A stretch of 64,000 nucleotides of DNA from a virus (lineage: Duplodnaviria; Caudoviricetes). The notes under the pieces were generated by a model. It ran no database searches, had not been told where the DNA came from, and saw nothing but the letters and a program-made list of their open reading frames with translations. How positions within the stretch are numbered: the stretch's first letter is position 1; the number at the start of each line of letters is the position of its first letter. Where the stretch lies: the IMG/VR virus record IMGVR_UViG_3300022661_001261, positions 595-64,594 of that record. One strand, 5' to 3'. A program made the position numbers and the translations under genes. Below, in pieces: positions 47,660-57,819 of this stretch.

Positions 47660-48484
47660 ATGGGACGACCAAAGAAACAAACGGTAGATTACTTCCCCCA
47701 TTTTGTTACGGGCAGCCGCAGGACGATTTATGTTTTAGAGGAGGGTTGGAAAAACGACGGTTACGCCTTTTGGTTTAAGCTGCTCGAACTGCTCTGCCAA
47801 AACGACGGCCACAGTTTCGACGTATCAACACAGGCGAATATGCGTTATCTGTACGCATACACAAAGACCAACCCGGAAACGGCGCAGGAGATACTCGACA
47901 CCCTTGCAGACCTCGGAAACATCGACGCGGAGTTATGGAAAGAGCGCAAAATCATTTGGTGTCAGTCGTTGGTGGATAATCTCAAAGAGGTTTACGACAA
48001 ACGAACAACGCCAATGCCGAAAAAGCCTTTTTCCGTGGATATTCTCCCCGAAAACTCCCCCGAAACTAACGAAAACGGCGACACAAACGGAGATACACCC
48101 CCGGAAACGCCGCCAAAACCCGCAAACGGAAAGAAATCCGCACCTAAAAAGCCGAAAACCCCGAAGAAAAAGGAAGACGAACAGCCCGGCAAGGTTAAAT
48201 ATGCGGAGTTTGTGAAAATGACCGAGGAGGAATACGGGAAACTCGTAGCACAATACGGCAAAGAAATGACGGCCCGAATGATAGAGGTCCTCGACAATTA
48301 CAAGGGTCAAAACGGAAAGACATACAAGAGCGACTACCGCGCAATTTTGAATTGGGTCGTTGAGAGAGTCAAGGAAGAACAGAGCAAGAGAGGAGGAAAC
48401 ACCTATGGGGGAACTGAAATCCCTGCAAGAGATAATGGGTCAACCGCAGGAGGCTTCAAGCCGTCGGGAGGCTTCAAAAAGTGA
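47660..48484 (+). CDS. Replisome organiser / replication initiator (DUF4373/Lin1244-like N-terminus)
   Basis: MGRPKKQTVDYFPH, GYAFWFKLLE; C-terminal LDNYKGQNGKTYKSDYRAILNW. Confidence 0.82.
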   Translation: MGRPKKQTVDYFPHFVTGSRRTIYVLEEGWKNDGYAFWFKLLELLCQNDGHSFDVSTQANMRYLYAYTKTNPETAQEILDTLADLGNIDAELWKERKIIWCQSLVDNLKEVYDKRTTPMPKKPFSVDILPENSPETNENGDTNGDTPPETPPKPANGKKSAPKKPKTPKKKEDEQPGKVKYAEFVKMTEEEYGKLVAQYGKEMTARMIEVLDNYKGQNGKTYKSDYRAILNWVVERVKEEQSKRGGNTYGGTEIPARDNGSTAGGFKPSGGFKK

Positions 48485-49361
48485 TAACGAAAGTTGCCAA
48501 GTAACCCCGGAGGAGGCCATAGCGAGAGGCTTATCGTTCAAAACACCGCCTCCGCCCCCGGACATCTGCCAATTTTGCGGAGCGGAACTGCCCCGAAAAG
48601 GCATTATATTTGGCGGAGAGGTTTTCTTGTGGCAACCGTTTCCTACCCGTTGCGAATGTAAAGAGGCGGTCGAATATTGGGAAAAGTACGACGCTGACAA
48701 AAAGGCCGAGGAGGAGGCAAAGAAACTCGCCGAGGAGAGAAAGCGAAAGCAGGAACGCATAGAGAGGCTACTCGGAAAGAGCGGTATCAAAAAGCGTTTT
48801 CAGCGACGCACCTTTGAGAACTTTATCACCGACACGCAGGAACGGGCGCGTTGCTACAAGATAGCAAAGCGGTACGCAGAAACATTCTCGCAAAGGTACG
48901 CCAACGGCGACGGACTCTACATAGAGGGTACAAACGGCACAGGCAAAACGCACCTCGCAGCTGCTATTGCTCTGCAACTGATAAACGAGGGCATACCCGT
49001 TGTTTGCAAGACCTCGACCGACCTACTACTCGACATCAGAAAGGCGTATGACGATGAATACACGCGGGAAAGCACAATACTCGATGTTTACAAAAGCGTG
49101 GATTTGCTCATCATCGACGACCTCGGAAAAGAACAATGCTCCGATTGGAGTATGTCAAACCTATACTCTATTCTCAACGACAGATACGAGGATATGAAAC
49201 CGACCATTATTACAACGAACTACGGCGCGGAGGACCTCGTGAGAGCCTTAACGCCCAAAGGCTACGACAATACGAAAATCGTGGCAATTATAAGCCGTCT
49301 GCGGGAAACCTCGACGGTAATAACAATGGCGTGGAACGACTACCGCACCGCGCAGGAATAG
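48405..49361 (+). CDS. DnaC/IstB-like AAA+ helicase loader
   Basis: GTNGTGKT, LLIIDDLGKE, IITTN, SRL; N-terminal Cys pairs. Confidence 0.9.
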   Translation: MGELKSLQEIMGQPQEASSRREASKSDNESCQVTPEEAIARGLSFKTPPPPPDICQFCGAELPRKGIIFGGEVFLWQPFPTRCECKEAVEYWEKYDADKKAEEEAKKLAEERKRKQERIERLLGKSGIKKRFQRRTFENFITDTQERARCYKIAKRYAETFSQRYANGDGLYIEGTNGTGKTHLAAAIALQLINEGIPVVCKTSTDLLLDIRKAYDDEYTRESTILDVYKSVDLLIIDDLGKEQCSDWSMSNLYSILNDRYEDMKPTIITTNYGAEDLVRALTPKGYDNTKIVAIISRLRETSTVITMAWNDYRTAQE

Positions 49362-49370
49362 GAGTCCAAA

Positions 49371-50162
49371 ATGGCAGAAATACGAAAACTCAACCCGGAC
49401 CACGTTCACCAAGCGAACTATAATTCGTTTGGTGGTACGCGAGGCGACAGCAGCAACGCCTCGTATATGCACTATGCGGAGAGCATAAACGGGTGGCCCA
49501 TTTCGGAGGAGAAGAAACAGAAACTCCTCGACAAACTTTACGAAAAGTATTCAAGGCTCATCAGCCTCGAAGCACAGCACGTCAGCGTAGCGGTCGCAGG
49601 ACCGGCAAGGTACAACCCTCGGAAACTCGATAAGAGCGACCCTATACTCGAACTCTCGGCGGAAATATCTGATTGGTACGCCTCGTTGGTGCGGGAGTTG
49701 GAGCGGAGCGCAGAGGAAAAGAAAGACGACGAAACCGAGAGGCTCGTGGAGCGCATTTTCTTCCTCGATAGCAGATACCCGGCTACCGACCCTACCACCG
49801 ATATATGCCGACTCGCAACCCTTGATGTGGAGAAATTCAAGGAGGTTTACGAGCAGCTGCAACCCAAATACAAGTGGCGCAAAAACTCCTCTATCGCAAA
49901 ACTGTATGGCTATGCGGCGGAGGGAAAGTTGGTAGTAGCGGAGAAAAAGGAAATTTACAGCAACGCCGATTTCACCGCCTACGAATACAACGACCGCGTG
50001 TTTATCAAATTCACCTTGAAGCCGCAGCGTCAGTTAATCGTAGCCCTCAAAAGCCGGGGCTATTGGTGGAACAGCGGAGCGAATGCGTGGAGTACATACG
50101 CAGAAAAGGCGGACCGCGAGTGGATAAAGACAATTTCCGACCGATACGGAAAGTACATTTAG
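49371..50162 (+). CDS. Hypothetical protein (resembles the DUF3560-type polyvalent-protein domain)
   Basis: VAGPARYNPRK and C-terminal IKFTLKP...LKSRGYWW....AW pattern. Confidence 0.45.
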   Translation: MAEIRKLNPDHVHQANYNSFGGTRGDSSNASYMHYAESINGWPISEEKKQKLLDKLYEKYSRLISLEAQHVSVAVAGPARYNPRKLDKSDPILELSAEISDWYASLVRELERSAEEKKDDETERLVERIFFLDSRYPATDPTTDICRLATLDVEKFKEVYEQLQPKYKWRKNSSIAKLYGYAAEGKLVVAEKKEIYSNADFTAYEYNDRVFIKFTLKPQRQLIVALKSRGYWWNSGANAWSTYAEKADREWIKTISDRYGKYI

Positions 50163-50171
50163 GAGGTCGCT

Positions 50172-50558
50172 ATGAACAAATACGAAAAACTATACACCGA
50201 GGCGGCCGCAGGAGGCAAAAATCCGAGTTGGCTTGATACAGCGGTAAGACCGTTAGCGGCGGACATCGGAGAAGCAACCGGGCATACGGCAAGAGTGAGC
50301 GGACCTTTTGGACTGCGAGCCGAATGCGTGATACACGTCAACGAAGACGCGCCGGAGGGAGAGCGAATGCACCTCGTCATTACACCGTGGTTTAACTGTG
50401 AGGGACAGGACACCGAGATTATGCTCTACTACGACACAGGAGAAGTCAAGGACGACTACGCCCCGAACACCCTCGGCGACTTTAACGGTATGAACAACGT
50501 AATGAAGCGACTGCCCGAAACACTTCCCGAAATCGTCGCTCTGTTGAGAAAGTATTGA
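50172..50558 (+). CDS. Hypothetical protein
   Basis: aggagg RBS; operon. Confidence 0.65.
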   Translation: MNKYEKLYTEAAAGGKNPSWLDTAVRPLAADIGEATGHTARVSGPFGLRAECVIHVNEDAPEGERMHLVITPWFNCEGQDTEIMLYYDTGEVKDDYAPNTLGDFNGMNNVMKRLPETLPEIVALLRKY

Positions 50559-50566
50559 GGTGGCGT

Positions 50567-50956
50567 ATGAGCAATCAAAACCGCAAGGCAAGTCTAAATC
50601 CGAAATACAGAGAAATATGCGAAAGCCTCGACTGGACTATCCGAGAATATGACGACGGGACCGTGGAGGTATGTCAAGGCTCACCCGCCGGAGAGGATTT
50701 CTTCTTTACCGCAAATGTAAAGAACTTTCCGCAGGAGGTTGAGCAATACGCCGATGACTTCGACCCGGACGAACATATCGCAATGTGGATTGAAGCGAGA
50801 AAGAACGGAACGGGAGGAGTACCCACGACCCGCGAACTCGTACACGACGCAGAGGCAATACAGAAAATGCTAAAAGAATTGGCGGAGGCTCTCGCGGCCG
50901 ACAGCAAAAACACAATCGGGGAGCAAGTCGCCGCCTATAAGGAGGAACAGGAATGA
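50567..50956 (+). CDS. Hypothetical protein
   Basis: gaggtg RBS; SPAGEDF...FDPDEH. Confidence 0.65.
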   Translation: MSNQNRKASLNPKYREICESLDWTIREYDDGTVEVCQGSPAGEDFFFTANVKNFPQEVEQYADDFDPDEHIAMWIEARKNGTGGVPTTRELVHDAEAIQKMLKELAEALAADSKNTIGEQVAAYKEEQE

Positions 50957-51276
50957 TTAAGAATTTATCACAGTTAAAGAAAGCCCTCGCGCCCGGCGCG
51001 GACTTTGTTATCACAGCCCATTGTCGTCCCGAATGTGTCGGCGAAACCCGCCGCGTCAATTTGGCGAACACAACGGGCATTTACAGCATTAACCCGGACG
51101 ACCCTACGAGCAAAGCGTCAACCGCAAACTGCGGAAAAGGCTCTTGGCTCGGTTGGAGCAAAGCCCCGTTTTGGAGTTTTGAGGGCGACACGGCGACGCT
51201 CTACGACAGCGACACCGCCCACACCCCGGAACACATCATTATCGGACTGAAACTCGCAGGAGGTGAAACGGCGTGA
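50953..51276 (+). CDS. Hypothetical protein
   Basis: ATGA overlap; operon. Confidence 0.6.
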   Translation: MIKNLSQLKKALAPGADFVITAHCRPECVGETRRVNLANTTGIYSINPDDPTSKASTANCGKGSWLGWSKAPFWSFEGDTATLYDSDTAHTPEHIIIGLKLAGGETA

Positions 51277-51854
51277 ATTATAGATACATAAAGGGCGCAG
51301 AAAGAGTCAAGGAGTCGGTGGAGTTTGATACCGCTGAAACGACTTGCAAGGTCAACATAGACCTCTTGCTGTGCGGAATAAATAAATTCCCTCGCGCCGA
51401 CGGCAATACCGAAACCCTCACCCCCGAAAGACGCTACGAGATTTTGAAATTCGTGGAGCAGGAACGCGGAAAATTCGTTCACAAAGCAGGACCGAAATCT
51501 ATGGAGGATTGGGAAAACAGCGGCCTCGGCTCGTTTGATGAGTTTTTCTTCCCCGGCGACACCGTTACGGAAGATGTATACGACAATTTCCTCGATATTC
51601 TCCCTCCTGCCACGATGAGGAGAAATCTCCTCCAAGTCGGAGAGCCGGCCGCCCACGAAAAAGACCCCGAAACAGGCAATTACAGAGCGACCTACTCAAC
51701 ATTCGTCAGAACGGACGGTCTGTGGTGGTACGCCGGAGAGTGTTTCCTCGGTGAAACGGTAAACAGGCGCACCCGCCCCGGCAGACTCGCCGAAAAGTTG
51801 GCGGAGGCAGAAAAAGAACTCAAAAAGAAAGCCGTAAAGGAGGAGCGAAAATGA
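51273..51854 (+). CDS. Hypothetical protein
   Basis: ggaggtg RBS, GTG start; operon. Confidence 0.6.
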   Translation: MNYRYIKGAERVKESVEFDTAETTCKVNIDLLLCGINKFPRADGNTETLTPERRYEILKFVEQERGKFVHKAGPKSMEDWENSGLGSFDEFFFPGDTVTEDVYDNFLDILPPATMRRNLLQVGEPAAHEKDPETGNYRATYSTFVRTDGLWWYAGECFLGETVNRRTRPGRLAEKLAEAEKELKKKAVKEERK

Positions 51855-52840
51855 CAAAATCGCAAATTATAACAGGCGACACACTTTCTGTGCTTGGGAA
51901 AATGCCCGACCGCTGTATCGACTGCTGCATTACATCTCCTCCGTACTTCGGTTTGAGAGATTATGGAGCGGACGGACAAATAGGACTCGAAGAAACCCCG
52001 GAGGAATACATACGACGTCTTGTTGAAATATTCAGAGAAGTCCGCCGAGTAATGCGCGACGATGGGACTCTTTGGCTCAATATTGGGGATAGTTACGCAG
52101 GGAGCGGAAAAGGCAGAATGAAAGACGGCTCACACAGCGCGGACCGCTCGAAATCAAGCGACTATCTTTGCAATGTAGGCGGAGCGATTACAAAAAGCAA
52201 AACGCCGGGCATTAAAAGGAAAGAACTAATCGGAATACCGTGGTTGCTCGCTTTTGCTTTACGCGCTGACGGTTGGTATTTGAGGCAGGATATTATTTGG
52301 CATAAGCCAAACACAATGCCCGAAAGCGTCCAAGACAGATGCACAAAGAGCCACGAGTATATATTCTTGCTTACAAAGAAGCCTTGCTACTATTTCAACA
52401 ATAAAGCAATACAAGAGGATAGTGTCAGTTACGACAGACGGCAATCAGGCGAAACCCAAGAGGCAGAAAAACGACAAAAACAACTGCCTCGATATGGTGG
52501 CAAAAAATACACATCTACCCCCGACAAATTTTTCAGAACAAAGTCGGGAAACGCTTATGACTACCGCCCAAAAAGAAACAAGCGCGATGTTTGGAGCGTT
52601 TCTACACACGGATACCGCGAAGCGCACTTTGCGACGTTTCCCGAAAAACTTGTAGAGCCTTGTGCTCTCGCAGGGTGCAGACCGGGAGGAATAGTCCTTG
52701 ACCCGTTCTGCGGGAGTGGGACTGTCCCTGTTGTGGCAAAGAGGTATGGGCGTGAATACATCGGAATTGACATCAACCCCGAATACACATCTATGTCAGA
52801 AAGAAGAGTCGAAGCAGAAAAAGGAGGAAACAACAAATGA
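51851..52840 (+). CDS. N4-C/N6-A DNA methyltransferase (beta class)
   Basis: ITSPPY motif IV precedes LDPFCGSG motif I; IIWHKPN; HFATFPEKL. Confidence 0.93.
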   Translation: MTKSQIITGDTLSVLGKMPDRCIDCCITSPPYFGLRDYGADGQIGLEETPEEYIRRLVEIFREVRRVMRDDGTLWLNIGDSYAGSGKGRMKDGSHSADRSKSSDYLCNVGGAITKSKTPGIKRKELIGIPWLLAFALRADGWYLRQDIIWHKPNTMPESVQDRCTKSHEYIFLLTKKPCYYFNNKAIQEDSVSYDRRQSGETQEAEKRQKQLPRYGGKKYTSTPDKFFRTKSGNAYDYRPKRNKRDVWSVSTHGYREAHFATFPEKLVEPCALAGCRPGGIVLDPFCGSGTVPVVAKRYGREYIGIDINPEYTSMSERRVEAEKGGNNK

Positions 52841-53895
52841 GATTATTCAGTACAGAACAGGTAACGAAATACCACCCCGACAAATACGCCGACCAAATCA
52901 GCGACGCGGTGCTGACTGCGTGTTTGCAGGAAGACCCGGAGAGCCGTGTCGCCTGTGAGTGTTTGGTAAAAGGCGGGACCGTTGTACTCGCCGGAGAGAT
53001 TACCACGACCGCAAAAATCAATTATGCGGACATTGTAACCCGCGTTGCAAGAAAACTCCGCTACACCGCGAACAACATCATTACATACATCGAACAGCAG
53101 TCGCCCGAAATCGCCGGAGGCGTGAAAAGCGGCGACGACCTTTGCGCCGGGGACCAAGGCATTATGTTCGGCTATGCCACCAACGAAACCGAGAGCGGCC
53201 TACCCTATGCCCTCGACCTTGCCAATACGCTTTGCAGGGTGCTTGAATTTGACGCGGAACAGCCAAATTCCGCCCTCAAAGGCGACGCAAAGGTACAGGT
53301 AACGGTAGACTTGGACGCGCCGAAAGACGACCGTAGCCTCGTAGAAATCCTTATCAGCGTATGCCACAAGGAACAGTACACCCTCGAAGAAATCCGCAAG
53401 TATGTGGAAAATGTTGTGGAATACAGCGGTATCGACATCGGTGAGGCAAGGCTCAACATCAACCCCGCCGGCCGTTGGACTATCGGCGGACCGTCTGCGG
53501 ACTGCGGACTCACAGGCAGAAAAATCGTATGCGACCAATACGGCGGATTTTGCGCCGTCGGCGGCGGAGCGTTTAGCGGAAAAGACCCCTCAAAGGTTGA
53601 CCGCTCCGCAGCTTATATGGCGAATTATATCGCCCGCGACCTCGTAAAAAATCACGGCCTCGAACATTGCGAGGTGCAAATCGCCTACGCTATCGGAGAG
53701 CCGAAGCCGATGAGCGTTTCCGTCAAGTCGTCAAGCCCCGCGGAGGACGCATATTTTGCGGAACTCGTGGCAAAGAAATACGACCTCTCCCCGGCGGGAA
53801 TTATTAAATTCCTCGACCTCCTCAATGTTGACTATGAGAAACTTGCGGAGGGTTGCCACTACCGAATGGAGTTACCCAAGAGAGAGGAGGCGTAA
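52837..53895 (+). CDS. metK: S-adenosylmethionine synthetase
   Basis: HPDK.ADQISDA, AGDQGIMFGYA, GLTGRKI..D.YGG, GGGAFSGKDPSKVDRS. Confidence 0.95.
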   Translation: MRLFSTEQVTKYHPDKYADQISDAVLTACLQEDPESRVACECLVKGGTVVLAGEITTTAKINYADIVTRVARKLRYTANNIITYIEQQSPEIAGGVKSGDDLCAGDQGIMFGYATNETESGLPYALDLANTLCRVLEFDAEQPNSALKGDAKVQVTVDLDAPKDDRSLVEILISVCHKEQYTLEEIRKYVENVVEYSGIDIGEARLNINPAGRWTIGGPSADCGLTGRKIVCDQYGGFCAVGGGAFSGKDPSKVDRSAAYMANYIARDLVKNHGLEHCEVQIAYAIGEPKPMSVSVKSSSPAEDAYFAELVAKKYDLSPAGIIKFLDLLNVDYEKLAEGCHYRMELPKREEA

Positions 53896-53897
53896 AT

Positions 53898-54476
53898 ATG
53901 CCGAGGCTCACATCACGCGACGAATACGGCAACGCTGAAATTATCGCTTTGGAGGACATAACCCCTCAACTCTATGAGGGGCTGTCTTTCAGCGAAACAA
54001 ACGCCCTTACCGACGCACTCAATAAACTCGCCGACTATGAGGACGCAGAGGAAAAGGAAAACGCAGAGCGCGAGAAACCTTGCGACGGGTGCAAATTCGA
54101 TGTTGCCCGGAAACTGTTGAGCAAGGTTATCGACGACCGCTTTACCGAGGAAATGAGAGAGTTTCTACTTCTCGTCCTCGAAAACCCGGAACTCCCGGTC
54201 GTCCCTATGGTATACAGCGAATGCGTCGGAGGCGACGACCGATTCGCTTATTGGCTCTCAAAGGTCGGCAGGAGCGAAATCAGAGAGTTTGCAATCGACG
54301 AATGGTATCACGACGGAGCGATTGTATACCGGGACGAGGCCAATGCCGAGGAGGAACTCATCGAGGCGATAGCCGAAACGAAATACGACGGAACGGACGA
54401 AGATTACGAAAAGGCAAAGGTAGAGGCCGCAGGACTTTGGACGAAAGCGATTATCGTCTATATTACCACGCCGTAG
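53898..54476 (+). CDS. Hypothetical protein
   Basis: aggagg RBS; KLADYED. Confidence 0.6.
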   Translation: MPRLTSRDEYGNAEIIALEDITPQLYEGLSFSETNALTDALNKLADYEDAEEKENAEREKPCDGCKFDVARKLLSKVIDDRFTEEMREFLLLVLENPELPVVPMVYSECVGGDDRFAYWLSKVGRSEIREFAIDEWYHDGAIVYRDEANAEEELIEAIAETKYDGTDEDYEKAKVEAAGLWTKAIIVYITTP

Positions 54477-54485
54477 GAGGTTTAT

Positions 54486-55715
54486 ATGCAAATAGCCATT
54501 ATTGACGCAGAGATAGTCGGCAAGAAGAAACACCGATTTCCAAATCTCGCGTGTATGAAAATCTCAACTTTTTACAAGCAACAGGGACACACCGTAACGC
54601 TGAAAACGGATTACGAAGACCTCGGCGCATTCGACAAGGTTATCATATCAAAAGTTTTCACAGACACGGAAATACCCGGAGAGCCGGAGGACAAAAACGG
54701 CAAGACGGCGGAGAGCGTTATGGAGTGGTACGCCGACAACGAATTCTTGAAGCAACCTAATATCGAATACGGCGGGACGGGCTTTTTCTATGACAAAGCA
54801 CCGAGCCTCCCTTGCGAGATAGAACACAGTCGCCCGGATTACCACCTCTACGATGAGTGGGTACAAAAGGCGATCGCCGCCGGAGCGAAACCCGGAGAGT
54901 TTGAATATTACACCGATTATTCTATCGGCTACATAACGCGAGGCTGTTTTCGACGTTGTCAGTTCTGCGTCAATAAGAAGTATTCAAAGGCATTTGCGGC
55001 AAGCGCAATTTCGGAATTCCTCGACCATGAGCGTCCGTATATCTGTCTACTTGATGATAACTTTTTCTCCTATGCAAAATGGCAAGAAGTTATAGAAAGC
55101 GTCAAACAGACGGGCAAACGTTTTCAATTCAAACAGGGACTCGACGAGCGATTGCTGACCCCGGACATCGTAAGAGAAATGAACACTTGGAAATACAAAA
55201 AGGAGTTTATTTTTGCTTTCGACAACATCGAGGACAAGCAGCTCATAGAGAAACAAATCCAAATGATATACGACACTTGCCCGGACTTCAAAAAAGGTCT
55301 GAAATTTTATGTATTCTGCGGTTATGACCGAAAGGGACAGTACACCGAGGAGTTTTGGAAGAAAGACATCGAGGACCTTTTTGAGCGTATAGTAACCCTG
55401 GCCAAGTACGGTGCTAAACCTTATGTAATGCGATACGAGCGTGTTTACAAGGAGCGTTACGCAGGGCTTTACGCAGCGATAGCGGCGTGGTGTAATCAGC
55501 CCAACATCTTCACCACTTTTACATTCAGACTGTTCTCCAAATGCAGAGGTATGTCAAAGAAAGGTTACGCACAATTCAAGCGTGACACCGAGGCATACCT
55601 CCGAGCCGGAGGAAAGAAACAGGCTATATGGCGATATATGGAGGAGGCGGAACAGCAATTCCCCGACATTGCCGCCAAATACTTCGATTTTGACGCAAAG
55701 GAGGCGACAAAATGA
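54486..55715 (+). CDS. Radical SAM protein with B12-binding-like N-terminal region
   Basis: FPNLACMKIS N-terminus; ITRGCFRRCQFC (CxxxCxxC); LLDDNF; QGLDERL. Confidence 0.8.
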   Translation: MQIAIIDAEIVGKKKHRFPNLACMKISTFYKQQGHTVTLKTDYEDLGAFDKVIISKVFTDTEIPGEPEDKNGKTAESVMEWYADNEFLKQPNIEYGGTGFFYDKAPSLPCEIEHSRPDYHLYDEWVQKAIAAGAKPGEFEYYTDYSIGYITRGCFRRCQFCVNKKYSKAFAASAISEFLDHERPYICLLDDNFFSYAKWQEVIESVKQTGKRFQFKQGLDERLLTPDIVREMNTWKYKKEFIFAFDNIEDKQLIEKQIQMIYDTCPDFKKGLKFYVFCGYDRKGQYTEEFWKKDIEDLFERIVTLAKYGAKPYVMRYERVYKERYAGLYAAIAAWCNQPNIFTTFTFRLFSKCRGMSKKGYAQFKRDTEAYLRAGGKKQAIWRYMEEAEQQFPDIAAKYFDFDAKEATK

Positions 55716-56020
55716 CAGACATATCACAAGTAAACGGCCTTATGTTGGAGCTGCTCGAACAGCACACCAATATGGAAACGACAGAATTTACCGACCGAGG
55801 GCGCGAGATTATTGACGAAATCAGCGACTACGCAGAGCAGACGGAAATGTTCAAGGCTCACAAGGAGAAAGGCGAAATGTTCGACGGCTCGACCGTTAAG
55901 CAGATTTTCGGATATATGCTCGACCGCATTGTAAAAGCACCGACGCAGTTTTACAGACAGGTTAGCGTCATTCTCATTATGCCCTTTGTGCGGCAGAAAT
56001 TGAGAGAGGAGGAGAAATAA
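55712..56020 (+). CDS. Hypothetical protein
   Basis: aggagg RBS; overlaps neighbours. Confidence 0.6.
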   Translation: MTDISQVNGLMLELLEQHTNMETTEFTDRGREIIDEISDYAEQTEMFKAHKEKGEMFDGSTVKQIFGYMLDRIVKAPTQFYRQVSVILIMPFVRQKLREEEK

Positions 56021-56421
56021 TGAAGACTCTCGAAGAATTGAAGCAGACCCCAAATCTGCTAATAAGACAATCCGCCCCGGACGGCGGTATGGGAGAAATA
56101 TACAAAATCGGAAAACCGTTCTGCTCTGTCATTTGGAGCAACGGAGGCGGTTGGGAACACGTGAGTATTGCTCCCTATAAACGGTCGTATGTACCCTCTT
56201 GGGAGGATATGTGCCGACTGAAAGATATGTTTTTCCGCGACGATGAGGTAGCGGTACAATACCACCCGGCAAAGAGCGAATATGTAAACAATATGCCGAA
56301 CTGTCTGCACCTTTGGCGACCGCTCGACGCACAGATGCCGACACCGCCCGCAATAATGGTAGGCGTGAAGCCCGGACAGACACAGGCGGAAATCAGAAAA
56401 GCCATAGAGGAGGTTGGATAA
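56020..56421 (+). CDS. Conserved phage protein (WEHVS...PSWEDMC...HP...CLHLW type)
   Basis: Recognisable His/Trp motif pattern; function unknown. Confidence 0.65.
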   Translation: MKTLEELKQTPNLLIRQSAPDGGMGEIYKIGKPFCSVIWSNGGGWEHVSIAPYKRSYVPSWEDMCRLKDMFFRDDEVAVQYHPAKSEYVNNMPNCLHLWRPLDAQMPTPPAIMVGVKPGQTQAEIRKAIEEVG

Positions 56422-56819
56422 TGGGAAAAATTGATTGGGACATCATAGACAGACTCACAAGGGCTTTCCCTAACGGCTTTATAAACGGGCAGGGCGAATT
56501 CGTCGCCCACAGGACCGGCGAATACTTTATGCTCCGCAACTGTGAAACGGAACTCGACATCAAATGCAAGGTTTTGGAGTGGTTTTCCCGCGCAGCCTTT
56601 AAGAGCGAGCCGTACAGGAGCAAGGCGAAAAATGATGAATTTCACGCCTTTATGCTCAACGGCATAAATCAATTCCTCGGAACGCGCTTTACGGAGGACG
56701 ATATGGAATACATATACACCTACCTCGGCAACGCCATAAAGCACGATAAAACAGTCGAATTCATCACCGAGGCGCACTACAATATGGGATTTTTCAGCCA
56801 ATTTGAAAAGGAGGCATAA
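56421..56819 (+). CDS. Hypothetical protein
   Basis: ggagg RBS; TAATG overlap; IYTYLGNAI. Confidence 0.6.
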   Translation: MGKIDWDIIDRLTRAFPNGFINGQGEFVAHRTGEYFMLRNCETELDIKCKVLEWFSRAAFKSEPYRSKAKNDEFHAFMLNGINQFLGTRFTEDDMEYIYTYLGNAIKHDKTVEFITEAHYNMGFFSQFEKEA

Positions 56820-56823
56820 AACA

Positions 56824-57138
56824 ATGATTGATTTCAAGAAACCCGATTTGCTGCAGGAGGCTATCGCCACCTATGGGACCGCCGCACAGGTTGATATGGC
56901 AATCGAGGAAATGAGCGAACTGACAAAAGCCCTTTGCAAGGAGCGCAGAACGCAGCTGCAACCCGGCACACACGCGGAGGCTCACGCCAACGTGATAGAA
57001 GAAATTGCCGATGTCGCAATTATGTTAAAGCAACTGATTATGATATTCGACAAGGACAACGAAATACAAAAAGAGGTTGACTATAAAATCGACCGACTCG
57101 AACAGAGATTACACAAAGCAGGAGGAAAAAGCGAATGA
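56824..57138 (+). CDS. MazG-like nucleotide pyrophosphohydrolase
   Basis: IEEMSEL...VIEEIADV (EExxE...EExxD). Confidence 0.8.
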   Translation: MIDFKKPDLLQEAIATYGTAAQVDMAIEEMSELTKALCKERRTQLQPGTHAEAHANVIEEIADVAIMLKQLIMIFDKDNEIQKEVDYKIDRLEQRLHKAGGKSE

Positions 57139-57533
57139 ACAGCGTAAAACTATCGGGCCGACTCACAGCAGACCCGGAACTCAAAATGACACCCCAAAAC
57201 GTGGCGGTAACGACCTTTATTTTGGCGGTAGACCGTAGAACAAAGGACGACAAGGCAGATTTCCCCACAGTCGTTGCGTGGCGACAGACGGCGGAATTTG
57301 CCTCCCGATACCTACGCAAGGGCCGTCGAATTATTGTAGAGGGCGAACTCCGCACCCGAACATACGAAGACCGGGACGGAAAGAAACGCAAGGTAACGGA
57401 GGTTGAGGCGACCAATATCGAATTTGCCGACAGTAAACCCGCAGACGCACCCGGAGGCAACGCTCCACAATACGGCGGAACGCCGGACGGATTTGAAGAA
57501 CTCGGCAGCGACGACGAATTACCGTTCAATTAA
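57135..57533 (+). CDS. ssb: Single-stranded DNA-binding protein
   Basis: NSVKLSGRLTADPEL OB fold; acidic tail DDELPFN. Confidence 0.95.
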   Translation: MNSVKLSGRLTADPELKMTPQNVAVTTFILAVDRRTKDDKADFPTVVAWRQTAEFASRYLRKGRRIIVEGELRTRTYEDRDGKKRKVTEVEATNIEFADSKPADAPGGNAPQYGGTPDGFEELGSDDELPFN

Positions 57534-57546
57534 GGAGGTGTAGAAA

Positions 57547-57819
57547 ATGGCTAAAAAGAGAAAGTGTAGATATACCCCGGAGGAACTCGAAATCCACGAA
57601 CAGGCGGTCAAACTCCGCAAAATGACCGACGAACAACTCGTAATGGCGTTCAGAAACGCCTCTGCTCCCTCCTCTGCCGTTTCCGAACAGGAGGTAGAGA
57701 AAGACACGGGTGGAGTAAAAAAACTGATTGAGGGCCTTTCTCGTGGCGACTGCAAGGGCGTTAAGGGAGCGACCGTCTACAAAATTCAGCAGTACGCAGA
57801 GGAAATGGGGCTGATTTAA
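57547..57819 (+). CDS. Hypothetical protein
   Basis: aggaggtg RBS. Confidence 0.6.
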   Translation: MAKKRKCRYTPEELEIHEQAVKLRKMTDEQLVMAFRNASAPSSAVSEQEVEKDTGGVKKLIEGLSRGDCKGVKGATVYKIQQYAEEMGLI

